From Bacillota bacterium (GTDB taxonomy: Bacteria > Bacillota > Clostridia > Christensenellales > UMGS416): DNA of 64,000 nucleotides. Position numbers and translations under genes: made by a program. Where the stretch lies: NCBI GenBank assembly GCA_023422005.1, contig JAEZSC010000151.1:25182-89181 (forward strand), in the 5' to 3' direction. The notes beneath the pieces are model-generated. The model ran no database searches, was not told the DNA's origin, and worked only from the letters and a program-made list of their open reading frames with translations. Shown here piece after piece: positions 1-9,116 of the stretch (within the stretch, counting starts at the first letter, position 1; each line of letters opens with the position of its first letter).

Positions 1-323
1 GCTGTATTCGGATGCGAAACAAGGATGTAAAAGAACTCTACAACATGGTGGAAGTCGGGACGCCTGTCATTATCCGCAATGGGCCATATGGGCCATTTGG
101 CATGGGGTTTAAAGTTTTGCAGCCAGGGCAAAGAGGTGCGGATGTTCTGGCAGTACAGGTACGGCTAAAGGAATTGGGCTATTATGAGGGATATGAGTCA
201 GGTATTTATAATGAGAGCTTGAAGACGGCTCTACATCTATTTCAACGGGAGCGTGGATTACCTGTTGAAAACAAAATAACCCATGACGATTATACTGCCA
301 TGGGCTTCGTCGAATTCGAATGA
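1..323 (+). CDS. L,D-transpeptidase (YkuD-type) C-terminal fragment with a peptidoglycan-binding domain; the 5' end lies outside the window
   Basis: The frame is open to the window edge. The first codons read C-I-R-M (the catalytic GCIRM-type YkuD motif). A PG_binding_1-like segment follows (GADVLAVQVRLKELGYY...LHLFQRERGL). Confidence 0.75.
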   Translation, partial: CIRMRNKDVKELYNMVEVGTPVIIRNGPYGPFGMGFKVLQPGQRGADVLAVQVRLKELGYYEGYESGIYNESLKTALHLFQRERGLPVENKITHDDYTAMGFVEFE

Positions 324-423
324 TTTAACTTTGAGGACTGAGCGCTAAAGCTGCTCATATCCAGCGCTTCGGTTTGACAAACCTTGCCTTTGTGGGTATA
401 ATAAAAATGATCCAATGCCATTT

Positions 424-499
424 GCGCCTGTAGCTCAGCGGATAGAGTGCCCGACTCCGACTCGGTAGATCGCAGGTTCGATTCCTGTCAGGCGCGCCA
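424..499 (+). tRNA. tRNA-Arg (anticodon CCG), CCA encoded
   Basis: Hand-folded cloverleaf. Acceptor GCGCCTG/CAGGCGC, D arm GCTC-AGCGGATA-GAGT, anticodon loop CT-CCG-AC, T arm GCAGG-TTCGATT-CCTGT, then G-CCA. Confidence 0.9.
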
Positions 500-540
500 A
501 AAGGAAAGCCCCCTCTGTAGAGGGGGCTTTCCTTTTGGCT
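500..540 (+). terminator. Intrinsic terminator after tRNA-Arg
   Basis: Long perfect hairpin AAAGGAAAGCCCCCT...AGGGGGCTTTCCTTTT ending in a T run. Confidence 0.8.
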
Positions 541-776
541 GGCTTCCGGCAGGTAAGAATCTGCCCCGCAAGCATAGACAGGGCCGAACACGACCTGCGC
601 AGCAAGGAACCCTTAAACTCCGCACAAAACCCGCCAAGGTGGCCGCAAGGCCAATGCCCGCCAGGTACCTTTTAAGCGCGTAAACCCCGAATTGGTCCCT
701 AAAAAATATCGGTATTTGGCTCTTCACCGGGCCTTTATTTCGCCCTATCATAAGACAAAAGACAGGAGGTAGAACG

Positions 777-1748
777 ATGAGCGCAACTAGAAATCTGGGC
801 CGCTCCGGCATTGCGGTGAGCGCCATGGGCATCGGCTGCTGGGCCATCGGCGGCGATAGCTATGGCACGGTGGACGACAAGGAATCCATCCGCGCCATCC
901 ACCGCGCGCTGGATCTGGGCGTAAACCTGCTGGACACCGCCAACGTGTACGGCAGCGGGCACAGCGAGACCGTCTTGGGCCGGGCGCTGCCGGGCAGAAG
1001 GGCGCAGGCCGTCGTGGCCACCAAGTTTGGCTATGGTCCGGAAAACGAGGGCATCTTAGCTGGCGGCAAGGCCTGCCGGGAAGCCATCGCCCATGCCTGT
1101 GAGGATTCACTAATGCGCCTGCGCACGGACTACATCGACCTGTATCAGCTGCACCTGGGCGCCCTGAGCGGCCCCGTGGTGGAGGACGTGATAGAGGCAT
1201 TGGAAGGCTTGCTGCGCGACGGCAAGATACGCACCTACGGCTGGAGTACCGATACCGTGGATAACGCCAGTCGGTTCGCGGCGCTGGAGCACTGCTCGGC
1301 CATACAGTATCAGCTCAACCTGTTCTATGAGAATGCTGAGATCGCCCACATCTGCGACGAAGAAGGCGTGGCCGGGCTCATCCGTGGACCGCTGGCCATG
1401 GGCACGCTGACCGGCAAATACAACAGCGCCGCGCCGCTTGCTCAAAGCGACGTCCGCGGCAGAAACATCGAGTGGGTCCCCTACTTCAAGGACGGAAAAA
1501 TGACGCCGGAGTTCGCAGGCAAGGTGGACGCCGCCAAGGAAGTACTGACCAGCGGCGGACGCACACTGGCCCAGGGCGCTCTGGCCTGGCTGTGGGCCAG
1601 GAGTGCCAGCGCCATACCGATCCCCGGCTTCAAGAGTGTGGCCCAGGTGGAGGAGAACATCGGCGCGCTGCGCTTTGGGCCGATGGAGCCCGGGCAGATG
1701 GCGGAGCTGGCCCGGTTGATCCCGCCGCTGCAATGGTCACAGATGTAA
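777..1748 (+). CDS. Aldo/keto reductase family oxidoreductase
   Basis: 323 aa. AKR N-terminal signature (LGRSGIAVSAMGIGCW...LDTANVYGSGHSE). RBS AGGAGG lies 7 nt upstream of the ATG. Confidence 0.9.
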   Translation: MSATRNLGRSGIAVSAMGIGCWAIGGDSYGTVDDKESIRAIHRALDLGVNLLDTANVYGSGHSETVLGRALPGRRAQAVVATKFGYGPENEGILAGGKACREAIAHACEDSLMRLRTDYIDLYQLHLGALSGPVVEDVIEALEGLLRDGKIRTYGWSTDTVDNASRFAALEHCSAIQYQLNLFYENAEIAHICDEEGVAGLIRGPLAMGTLTGKYNSAAPLAQSDVRGRNIEWVPYFKDGKMTPEFAGKVDAAKEVLTSGGRTLAQGALAWLWARSASAIPIPGFKSVAQVEENIGALRFGPMEPGQMAELARLIPPLQWSQM

Positions 1749-1756
1749 ACCCGCCT

Positions 1757-1953
1757 TTCGCCGCCGACGCTGTAGTGTCGGCGGCGATTTAGACGGGTTG
1801 CTCTACGTTTGCCTGCCGCCGATAGTCGCAGGCGGGCCTTTGATTGCCCATCCCATACTGGTTTATAAAGGTGCGGGGTCGCCTGTGGGCGGATTTTGAA
1901 ACGGCCTGCCTCTTGCTCTTTGCTTTCCTCCGCCGAATAAATCGGCGATCGGC
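1757..1953 (+). repeat. Copy A of the four-hairpin intergenic repeat family
   Basis: Hairpin 1 at 1759-1786 (CGCCGCCGAC/GTCGGCGGCG). Linker ATTTAGACGGGTTG. Hairpin 2 GCCTGC/GCAGGC (1811-1833). Hairpin 3 CGCCTGTGGGCGG followed by ATTTT (1880-1896). TTTCCTCC at 1924-1931. Hairpin 4 CGCCGA-ataaa-TCGGCG (1931-1947). Collinear with copies at 3885, 26966 and 37598. Confidence 0.6.
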
Positions 1954-1989
1954 TACATGCCCTATTCACCAAATCTATTCTTTTAGTAC

Positions 1990-3732
1990 CTATAGCCCCG
2001 CATTCAGCAACGCCTTCACCCGCTGCACGATCTGTCCCTCCGCCTGAAGGGCGGCCCCCAGCAGGGCGATCTGCTCGGCCCTCAGTTTCGCGGAGATCGC
2101 TTTGGTGCTGATGTCGTTGTAATGCACCGCCGCGCCCTCCCCCGCCTTGAGCCGGCCGCGAAGGTCCGCCAGCTTCCCGGCGATGTCGCCGTAGATCGCG
2201 GCGGCATCACAAAGCACCTGTGCTCCCTCTCCCGCCAAAAGACTGGCGGATTCGCCCAGGTATGCCGCCGCGCACCGCCGGGCGTCTATCAGGTTCAGCA
2301 GCAAAGCATCATTGACACCTGCGCGGCGCTCCACATCGGCCTGGGACGCGGCGGCGCTCCACAGTGCGGCGCTGCCCAGGCCCTCCATCCACCGCTCATA
2401 GGCCTGCGCGCCCTGATGGTAACCGCGGGCGCTAGGTGCCTCGAAGGAATCCACCAATGCCCGCAAGGAAGCAACCAGGTTCTGAGCCTGTGAAGGTTGT
2501 TCTGTTCGCTCGCCGAAATGGGTGATCAGGAAGGGCCAGAAGTCGCTCTCCAGATAGTCTCCGGCTTCATTGAGGTGCTCGCGGTCAAAATACGTGCGGC
2601 AGTAGAACGCCTTGCCGCTCTCCCGGTAGCCGGTGATGAGGCCCCACTCCGGCGCGATGCGCAGGTTGATGGCCAGCACGGGCTTGCCATTGTCGATGTC
2701 CGCCACGATCCGCTTGCGCTCGAGGCCGCGGTCGTCCTTCTCCAGCCGGGCGGCCCACACCGGCTCATAGCCTATAGCGCGGAACAGGATGCTGGAATAA
2801 TCAAAGGCCACCAGCGCGTCGGTGGCGCTCCAATCCCACACGTCGGTGAAGGCCAGGCGATAGCACGCGCCGGACATGCCCATGATCTGCTCATAGGAAT
2901 AACGCTCGCCCATGTACCGCAGCGCCGCGTGCATGGCCCCGGCCCAGGTGCAATCCTGCCCGGCTTCCCACCGCAGCGGCGGTATGCCCGTCAGCATACA
3001 GGCAGAGGTGTCCTTAAGGCAGAGCTCCGTACGGTCAGGCGCATAGCGCAGCGTCTCGTTCTCCTGGCAGCTGATCACGTGGATGCCCTTGCCGTTGAGG
3101 TAGATCAGCGTCAGGAATTCCGGCTCATCCACACCCGGCGAGCTGGGGAAGCGCTCATGATCCACATGGATCTCCTGCCAGCGGAAGTAGTCGTAGTGCC
3201 GTATTTTGGTCATGGCCGATTGATAGGCCTGTGCGTTTCCGTAATAGGCTCCCACGACCTCGAAGGGCTGCTTGGTCTGCAGACCGTCGTCACCCACGCC
3301 GGCGGTCAACGGCTGGTCCTGCACGGCGTAGGCATAGTAGGCGCCGCCGGGCGTCTGGTACTTGACCGTCAGTATTCCCAGCCGCGGGCTATCCAGCGCT
3401 ACGCCCAACTGCTGCGCGCCGGCCAGCACATGCAGCCGGTTGTCGCGCACATGCAGGCGCACGGTCTCGGTCACGTCCAGGTGCTTCACACCGTCGGAGC
3501 AAACGGCGCTCAGCACGATGAGCTCCTGGGGCATCAATAATGAATCGATAGATGTGCCGAGAATGCGGGCCACTTCCGGCAGCAAAGATGTTTCGGGCAG
3601 GCTTTTGCCATTCTCCCACTTGGATACCGCCTGGGGCGAGACGCCCAGCAGCTCCGCGAAGCGTTCGCCGGTGAGGCCCTTCTCCCGGCGGAAGAGCGCG
3701 ATACGGTTGCCGATTTTGTGTTGGTCCAGCAT
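1990..3732 (-). CDS. XRE-family HTH protein fused to a large uncharacterised C-terminal region (beta-rich repeats plus a papain-like/BtrH_N-like module)
   Basis: Start moved to MLDQHKIG (ATG at 3732), which has GGAGGG 6 nt upstream. The N-terminus is a classic Cro/C1 HTH (GLTGERFAELLGVSPQAVSKWENGKSLP). The C-terminal region is paralogous to CDS 43386..44333 (APEWGLITGY versus IPEWGVVTGY). Confidence 0.8.
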   Translation of the reverse strand: MLDQHKIGNRIALFRREKGLTGERFAELLGVSPQAVSKWENGKSLPETSLLPEVARILGTSIDSLLMPQELIVLSAVCSDGVKHLDVTETVRLHVRDNRLHVLAGAQQLGVALDSPRLGILTVKYQTPGGAYYAYAVQDQPLTAGVGDDGLQTKQPFEVVGAYYGNAQAYQSAMTKIRHYDYFRWQEIHVDHERFPSSPGVDEPEFLTLIYLNGKGIHVISCQENETLRYAPDRTELCLKDTSACMLTGIPPLRWEAGQDCTWAGAMHAALRYMGERYSYEQIMGMSGACYRLAFTDVWDWSATDALVAFDYSSILFRAIGYEPVWAARLEKDDRGLERKRIVADIDNGKPVLAINLRIAPEWGLITGYRESGKAFYCRTYFDREHLNEAGDYLESDFWPFLITHFGERTEQPSQAQNLVASLRALVDSFEAPSARGYHQGAQAYERWMEGLGSAALWSAAASQADVERRAGVNDALLLNLIDARRCAAAYLGESASLLAGEGAQVLCDAAAIYGDIAGKLADLRGRLKAGEGAAVHYNDISTKAISAKLRAEQIALLGAALQAEGQIVQRVKALLNAGL

Positions 3733-3884
3733 GGTTCCCTCCTGTTGTATGGATTTAGCAGGACCAGAATAACTCAAGTGCAGACCGCAACCCATACACG
3801 CGGCGTGAAGGTTTGCCGATTGCTATCAACTTCAGGTTGAGTTCATAGGCTGTCAAAATACCCTGCGGGATTTTGACAGCCTTT

Positions 3885-4086
3885 CGCAGATGACGCCGCG
3901 GCGCCATCTGCGATTCAGACGACTTGTCATGACTGCCTTTTATCGCCTGCCGCGCATGTCGCCAGGCGATATCTTTACTTTTACTCTCATTTTCCGTTCT
4001 AAAAGGCGTTTTCGCCTGCGGGCGGTTTCTTTATTTACCCTCTGCTCATTCTCTGTTTCCTCCCGCCGGATGAACCGTCGGTCGGC
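3885..4086 (+). repeat. Copy B of the four-hairpin intergenic repeat family, preceded by an extra hairpin at 3848-3881
   Basis: Hairpin 1 CGCAGATG/CATCTGCG (3885-3912). Linker ATTCAGACGACTTGTCA. Hairpin 2 TATCGCCTG/CAGGCGATA (3941-3971). Hairpin 3 CGCCTGCGGGCGG followed by TTTCTTTATTT (4013-4035). TTTCCTCCC at 4056-4064. Hairpin 4 CCGCCGG-atgaa-CCGTCGG (4063-4081). Confidence 0.6.
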
Positions 4087-4167
4087 ATCTTGTTGTTCTT
4101 CACTTATGGGTTCTTTAACAAGAAGGAGGGCTCAATCACAGGTTAAGTTTACGATATCACAAATGGT

Positions 4168-4506
4168 TCACTTCAGTATGACCACAGTAACGCCCTCGTT
4201 GTTGGCGATCTGTCGGTCATACTGCGAGAGCTCCGAGCAGATACCCAGCAGCTCGCGCTTGCGGTAGTGCCACTGGGTGCCGCCGGCGGCGGTGCGCACC
4301 ATGGGCGCGATAGCGGGGCTGGCCAGCGCCGTGCCCAAAGCCTGCTTGATGCGCCCGCCCTGGCCGGTGGAGCCGTAGCCGTGGATCACAACCAGCGCCC
4401 TGCCGCCAACGCGGCGATGGGTGATCAGCGCGTCGGAAAAGCGGCGCATCGCCACATCCACCGTGGGCCATCCAGCCTCCAGATTTACCATGGCTACCTT
4501 TCCCAT
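4168..4506 (-). CDS. Small Smr (MutS2-related) domain protein
   Basis: Only the last 112 codons of the 614-aa track ORF are credible. Smr-like VVIHGYGSTGQGG...ALG segment. ATG at 4506 is preceded by a GGGGGTG RBS. The rest of that ORF is antisense to glyQS. Confidence 0.75.
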   Translation of the reverse strand: MGKVAMVNLEAGWPTVDVAMRRFSDALITHRRVGGRALVVIHGYGSTGQGGRIKQALGTALASPAIAPMVRTAAGGTQWHYRKRELLGICSELSQYDRQIANNEGVTVVILK

Positions 4507-4586
4507 ACACACCCCCATCCATCGGATACATCCATTATACCCGTTGTTTCCCCACGGGCAACGGCACCAGCCGATCTTTTTTGCGC

Positions 4587-4614
4587 TTGACAAACTGCTG
4601 GCGTTTGGTAGAAT
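4587..4614 (+). promoter_or_regulatory. Sigma-A-type promoter for the glyQS leader
   Basis: TTGACA (4587-4592), a 16-nt spacer, then TAGAAT (4609-4614) with TGG just upstream. Confidence 0.6.
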
Positions 4615-4619
4615 ATACT

Positions 4620-4819
4620 GCAACAACCAAAATGCGCGAGGACGGAACAAACGGCCCGCACAGGCGGCACACAGCGAACCGGGGATAGTGGGAGCCCGGC
4701 AGCGCCGGCGGATTCGGAGGCATTCCTGAGCGAACCAATCAAGGTGGGCCGCAAGGCCAAAAAGGGTGGAACCGCGAAAGCACAGCCTTTCGTCCCTTTG
4801 TGGGACGGAAGGCTTTTTG
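4620..4819 (+). promoter_or_regulatory. T-box leader (riboswitch) controlling glyQS
   Basis: Conserved T-box sequence AAAGGGTGGAACCGCG (4761-4776). It is followed by the terminator AGCCTTTCGTCCC-tttgt-GGGACGGAAGGCT and TTTTT (4784-4819). It sits between the promoter and glyQS. Confidence 0.85.
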
Positions 4820-4848
4820 TATTGTCTGATAAAAAAGGAGGAATGGAT

Positions 4849-6231
4849 ATGGAAAACTTCATGGACAAACTTGTGGCGCTGTGCAAAGGGCGCGGCTTCG
4901 TGTTCCCCGGCTCGGCCATCTATGGCGGCCTGGCCAACTCCTGGGACTATGGCCCGCTGGGCGTGGAGTTCAAGAACAACGTCAAGCGCGCCTGGTGGCA
5001 GAAATTCGTGCAGGAGAGCCCCTACAACGTGGGCATGGACAGCGCGATCCTGATGAACCGCGAGGTGTGGGTCGCCTCCGGCCACGTCGTGAACTTCAAC
5101 GACCCGCTGATCGACTGCAAGGCCTGCAAGATGCGCCACCGTGCCGACAAGCTTGTGGAAGAGTACAACGCCGGGCACGGCATCGCGATGCAGGTGGACG
5201 GCATGAGCAACGACGCGCTGACCGCCTATATTCAGGAGCACAAGGTCACCTGCCCCGGCTGCGGCAAGTCGGACTTTACGGCCATCCGCAAGTTCAACAT
5301 GATGTTCAAGACCCATCAGGGCGTCACCGAAGACAGCCAGACCGAGGTGTACCTGCGCCCGGAGACGGCCCAGGGCATCTTCGTGAACTTCAAAAACGTG
5401 CAGCGTTCCACACGCAGGAAAGTCCCCTTCGGCATCGCGCAGATCGGCAAGAGCTTCCGCAACGAGATCACGCCGGGTAACTTCATCTTCCGCATCCGCG
5501 AGTTCGAGCAGATGGAACTGGAGTTCTTCTGCAAGCCCGGCGAAGACCTTGAGTGGTTCGCCTATTGGCGCAATTTCTGCCACCAATGGCTGCTCAGCCT
5601 GGGCATGAAGGACGAGAACCTGCGCCTTCGCGACCATGACAAGGAGGAGCTCTCCCATTACTCCAAGGCGACGACGGACTTCGAGTATCAGTTCCCCTTC
5701 GGCTGGGGCGAGCTGTGGGGTGTCGCCGACCGCACCGATTTCGACCTGAAGCAGCACAGCCAGCACAGCGGCGAGGCGATGGAATACATCGACCCGGTGA
5801 CCAACGAGCGATACATCCCTTACGTGATCGAACCAAGCCTGGGCGCCGACCGTGTGGCGCTGGCCTTCCTGTGCAACGCCTACGAAGAGCAGAAGCTGGA
5901 AGGCGACGACAGCCGTGTCGTACTGCACCTGCACCCGGTGCTGGCCCCCTTCAAGGCCGCCATCCTGCCGCTGCAGAAGAAACTTGATGCACCCGCAACA
6001 GAGCTTTATCACAAGTTGCTCAAGCGCTTCATGGTGGATTATGACCTGACCGGCTCCATCGGCAAGCGCTACCGCCGCCAGGATGAGATCGGCACCCCCT
6101 ACTGCATCACCTTCGACTTCGACAGCCTGGAGGATAACGCCGTTACGATTCGTGACCGCGACAGCATGACACAGGTTCGTGTGCCCATCGATGAGGTGGA
6201 GAGCTGGCTGGCGGAGAAGGTAACATTCTAG
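4849..6231 (+). CDS. glyQS: Glycine--tRNA ligase (homodimeric class II type)
   Basis: 460 aa from [38 protein letters not shown], a typical GlyQS N-terminus. AGGAGG lies 8 nt upstream of ATG 4849. Confidence 0.95.
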   Translation: MENFMDKLVALCKGRGFVFPGSAIYGGLANSWDYGPLGVEFKNNVKRAWWQKFVQESPYNVGMDSAILMNREVWVASGHVVNFNDPLIDCKACKMRHRADKLVEEYNAGHGIAMQVDGMSNDALTAYIQEHKVTCPGCGKSDFTAIRKFNMMFKTHQGVTEDSQTEVYLRPETAQGIFVNFKNVQRSTRRKVPFGIAQIGKSFRNEITPGNFIFRIREFEQMELEFFCKPGEDLEWFAYWRNFCHQWLLSLGMKDENLRLRDHDKEELSHYSKATTDFEYQFPFGWGELWGVADRTDFDLKQHSQHSGEAMEYIDPVTNERYIPYVIEPSLGADRVALAFLCNAYEEQKLEGDDSRVVLHLHPVLAPFKAAILPLQKKLDAPATELYHKLLKRFMVDYDLTGSIGKRYRRQDEIGTPYCITFDFDSLEDNAVTIRDRDSMTQVRVPIDEVESWLAEKVTF

Positions 6232-6246
6232 TTAGAGGCCAAACGC

Positions 6247-6288
6247 AAAAGAACCCCGTTTTCCAGAGAGGAAAACGGGGTTCTTTCC
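6247..6288. terminator. Bidirectional terminator between convergent glyQS and pyk
   Basis: Hairpin AGAACCCCGTTTTCC-agaga-GGAAAACGGGGTTCT. The T run is best on the minus strand (TTTTGCGTTT). Confidence 0.75.
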
Positions 6289-6299
6289 TATAATGAACT

Positions 6300-8054
6300 C
6301 TACAGCAGCGCCGAGCGTCCCTTATACACATACCCCGTCTTGGGGTCCACGGTGACCAGCAGGCCGTCCTGTAGGGCGTCGGGCAGGTTGCCCGCGTCGA
6401 ATATGACCGGGATATCCAGCGCCAGGCCCACGACCACGGCGTGGCCGTTGGGGCTGGCGTCGGCTGTTATGATGCCGGCGCAGCGCTTGAGAAGCGGCAC
6501 ATAGCGGTTGTCGGTGGCGTCCACAGCCAGTATGCAACCATCCCGGAACTTGGCGGCGGCCTCCTCGGGGCTTAAGGCCATGCACACGGTGCCGGACACA
6601 GCCCGCTCGCCCACGCCGCGGCCGCGGATCAGCAGCTCGCCCACGTGGTGGATCTTGATAAGGTTTGTGGTGCCCGCGCGGCTCACCGGCACGCCGGCGG
6701 TGATGACGACGATGTCGCCGTTGCGGGCCAGACCGGCCTGTACCGCCGCCTGCACCGAATCATCGATCATGTCGTCGGTATTGGATACGTTGGCGGTCAT
6801 CAGCGGCTGCGTGCCCCAGATCAGCGACAGATGGTAGAACGTAGAAACTTCTGTCGTGGTGGCCAATATCGGCGAAGACGGCCGGTGATGGGCGATGGCG
6901 CAGGCCGTGACACCGCTCTTGGTGCACGTGACGATGGCGGCAGCGCCCAAATCCATGGCGGACATGCACACCGCGTGGCTGATGGCGCCTGTCACGGTGC
7001 CCACTTCGCCGCTTTGCTGCAGCTGGAAGCGCCCGCGGTAATCGATGCTGCGCTCTATGCGCTCGGCCACGCGGGCCATCGTGGAGAGCGCTTCCAAGGG
7101 ATATTTGCCGGCGGCGGTCTCCCCGGAGAGCATGATGCAATCCGCTCCTTCCTGCACGGCGATGGCCACGTCGCTGACCTCGGCGCGGGTGGGCATGGGG
7201 TTGCGGATCATGGAATCCAGCATCTGGGTGGCTACGATGACCGGCGTGGCGTGCTGGGCGCAGCTGCGTATGATGCGGCTCTGCTCCACCGGCACGTCCT
7301 CCATGGGTATTTCCACGCCCATGTCGCCGCGGGCCACCATCACCGCGTCGGACACGGAAATGATCTCGTCGGCGTTGTTGATGCCCTGGCGGTTCTCGAT
7401 CTTCGCGATAACCTGTATGCGCTTGCCACCGTTCTGTTCCAGGAACTGGCGCACCTCCAGGATGTCCTGGGCCTGGCGGGTGAAGCTGGCAGCCACGAAG
7501 TCCACGCCTTTCCCGATGCCGAAGAGCAGATCGGCCTTATCCTGCTCGGTGAGCCCCGGCAGCGAAACGCTGACGCCGGGCAGCGTCAGCTTCTTGTGGT
7601 CGGATATCTCGCCGCTGTTCATGACCGTACAGTGGATATTGCCGTCCTCGATGCTGTCTATGCGCAACTGGATAAGCCCGTCGTCCAGCAGAATGATGTC
7701 GCCGGCGTGAGCATCCTGGGGCAGCTCGCGGTAGTTGACCATGGCACACTGCGCGTCGCCCTCACAGGGCTCGGTGGACAGCGTAAAACGCTGTCCCTCC
7801 ACCAGGCTGACATGCCCGCCGGCGAAGTTGCCCAGGCGTATCTCCGGCCCCTTGGTGTCCAAAAGGATGCCGATGGGCAGACCCAGCCGCTCCCTCACGC
7901 GCTTGACGGCGTCGATGGTGGCGCCGTGGGACGCGTGGTCTCCGTGGGAAAAGTTGAGCCGGGCGACGTTCATGCCACCGCGGGCCAGTTTTTCGATGAC
8001 ATCCTCCGTGGAGCTGGCCGGCCCCAGCGTGCAGATGATCTTGGTTCTTCTCAT
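6300..8054 (-). CDS. pyk: Pyruvate kinase with a C-terminal PEP-utilising (mobile) domain
   Basis: 584 aa. MRRTKIICTLGPAS...MNVARLNFSHG...KGPEIR motifs. The C-terminal extension of about 100 aa matches Bacillus/Geobacillus-type Pyk. Confidence 0.95.
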   Translation of the reverse strand: MRRTKIICTLGPASSTEDVIEKLARGGMNVARLNFSHGDHASHGATIDAVKRVRERLGLPIGILLDTKGPEIRLGNFAGGHVSLVEGQRFTLSTEPCEGDAQCAMVNYRELPQDAHAGDIILLDDGLIQLRIDSIEDGNIHCTVMNSGEISDHKKLTLPGVSVSLPGLTEQDKADLLFGIGKGVDFVAASFTRQAQDILEVRQFLEQNGGKRIQVIAKIENRQGINNADEIISVSDAVMVARGDMGVEIPMEDVPVEQSRIIRSCAQHATPVIVATQMLDSMIRNPMPTRAEVSDVAIAVQEGADCIMLSGETAAGKYPLEALSTMARVAERIERSIDYRGRFQLQQSGEVGTVTGAISHAVCMSAMDLGAAAIVTCTKSGVTACAIAHHRPSSPILATTTEVSTFYHLSLIWGTQPLMTANVSNTDDMIDDSVQAAVQAGLARNGDIVVITAGVPVSRAGTTNLIKIHHVGELLIRGRGVGERAVSGTVCMALSPEEAAAKFRDGCILAVDATDNRYVPLLKRCAGIITADASPNGHAVVVGLALDIPVIFDAGNLPDALQDGLLVTVDPKTGYVYKGRSALL

Positions 8055-8073
8055 GGTTCCTCCGTTGCGTTGA

Positions 8074-8988
8074 TTAAAAAGAGTCCAACTCGCTGCCCCG
8101 GCATTGGCCCCATTTTACGGCCAGCGCTTCGGTCGAGTCTATGGCTTCGCCCTGCCATACAAAGGGAGCGACAAGGCGGATCATTGTATACTCATTGGCA
8201 TGGAGCCCCGTGTTGGTCGCGGCGGTGGGCAGCCAAGCCGGCGCCGTGAAGGGCTGGCTCTCGCGGCCCTCCCGCCGGGCGGCGGCGGCGCACAAGCCGT
8301 CGAACCGGCCCTCTCTGCCCGGTTCGCAGCCAAACTCCACGACCTCCCAGCTGTCGCCATGCAGCGTGTAGGCCAGCCAGGCCTCCAGCCGGCCCTGCTC
8401 CGGGGCCACCAGCATCTTCTTCTGGGCAATCTCCGCGGCCATCCACTTGTGCCAATATTCGTCGTTTTCGCGCACGACGGACCAATCGCCGGGCTTTGCG
8501 CGCTGCGCCAGCGCCCATATGGCCGTCAGATCCTCCGGCGCGCCCTCGCGGCATTCGCAAGGCACGCCCTGCGCGCCGGGGTAGCGGCGTTCAGCGCGGG
8601 GAATCTTTCGCCAGCCGTAGCGCTCATAGTGGCCGTGCAGGCCGGTGTACAGCACCGACACCTGCATGCCTTCGCGCTGCATATAGCCGATGGCCCGTTG
8701 CAGCAGCTCGCCGGAAAGGCCCCGGCCGCGGTATGCCTCCTTGGTGGATAGCTCGCCGATGCCGCCCATGGGCACGGCCTGCCCGCCCAGCCACACCTGG
8801 CGGCGGAACACGCGCACCGTCGCGGCGATCTGGCCAGCCTCCACGGCGACAAAGATGCCGTTTATATCGCGCCACGGGTCGTTGTGGTAGTGGCGCAGAA
8901 AGTATTCCCGCCCCGCGCCTTGGAACACCGTCTCGCAATGGATGGCCCAGGCATCCAGCTCTTCTGGCAGCAATGTGCGAATTTCCAT
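8074..8988 (-). CDS. GNAT family N-acetyltransferase (Eis-like, with a C-terminal extension)
   Basis: Start set at MEIRTLLPEE (ATG 8988, GGGAGGA RBS). GNAT motif A RGRGLSGELLQRAI. Confidence 0.8.
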   Translation of the reverse strand: MEIRTLLPEELDAWAIHCETVFQGAGREYFLRHYHNDPWRDINGIFVAVEAGQIAATVRVFRRQVWLGGQAVPMGGIGELSTKEAYRGRGLSGELLQRAIGYMQREGMQVSVLYTGLHGHYERYGWRKIPRAERRYPGAQGVPCECREGAPEDLTAIWALAQRAKPGDWSVVRENDEYWHKWMAAEIAQKKMLVAPEQGRLEAWLAYTLHGDSWEVVEFGCEPGREGRFDGLCAAAARREGRESQPFTAPAWLPTAATNTGLHANEYTMIRLVAPFVWQGEAIDSTEALAVKWGQCRGSELDSF

Positions 8989-9116
8989 GATTCCTCCCGG
9001 CAAAGGTCGAAATTACTTCGATTATATTATACCCTTAAACGGATAGGAATCAAATGGCAGAAAATGGCCGCCCGGCATGGGCGGCCATAACATGAATAAT
9101 CCAATTGCAAGGAGGG

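Noticed and set aside
620-660. The string CAAGGTGGCCGCAAGGCCAA upstream of the first aldo/keto reductase nearly matches CAAGGTGGGCCGCAAGGCCAA inside the glyQS T-box leader (4738-4760). This raised the question of a second T-box or another riboswitch in the 240-nt leader at 540-776.
   Set aside because: There is no T-box sequence (GGTGGNACCGCG), no specifier or Stem I features, and no terminator/antiterminator pair. The match is a short GGCC-GCAA-GGCC tetraloop hairpin that can recur by chance in GC-rich DNA.
4035-4049. Minus-strand GGGAGGAAA followed by a 4-codon mini-ORF (ATG AGC AGA GGG TAA) inside repeat copy B. This could be a leader peptide.
   Set aside because: The ATG is absent at the equivalent position in copies A and C (ATA or no start), so the mini-ORF is not a conserved feature of the element.
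3890-4267. Plus-strand ORFs running through repeat copies (3890..4267, 1844..2047, 37332..37859) share peptide strings such as SSRR(M/V/I)NRRS and RFRRLV.
   Set aside because: The shared peptides are just translations of the conserved repeat linkers. The frame is not preserved across copies: spacer lengths differ by non-multiples of three, and copy A hits a stop. There is no RBS, and stem covariation points to structure rather than coding.
4507-6012. Upstream ~500 codons of the 614-aa minus-strand ORF (4168..6012).
   Set aside because: It is antisense to the well-supported glyQS gene and has a G/A/V/L/H/R-rich, shadow-frame-like composition with no motifs. Only the last 112 codons (the Smr domain, with its own RBS) are credible.
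6645-8249. 534-aa plus-strand ORF.
   Set aside because: It is entirely antisense to pyruvate kinase and the GNAT gene. This is a high-GC shadow ORF with low-complexity G/A/R/H/D composition.
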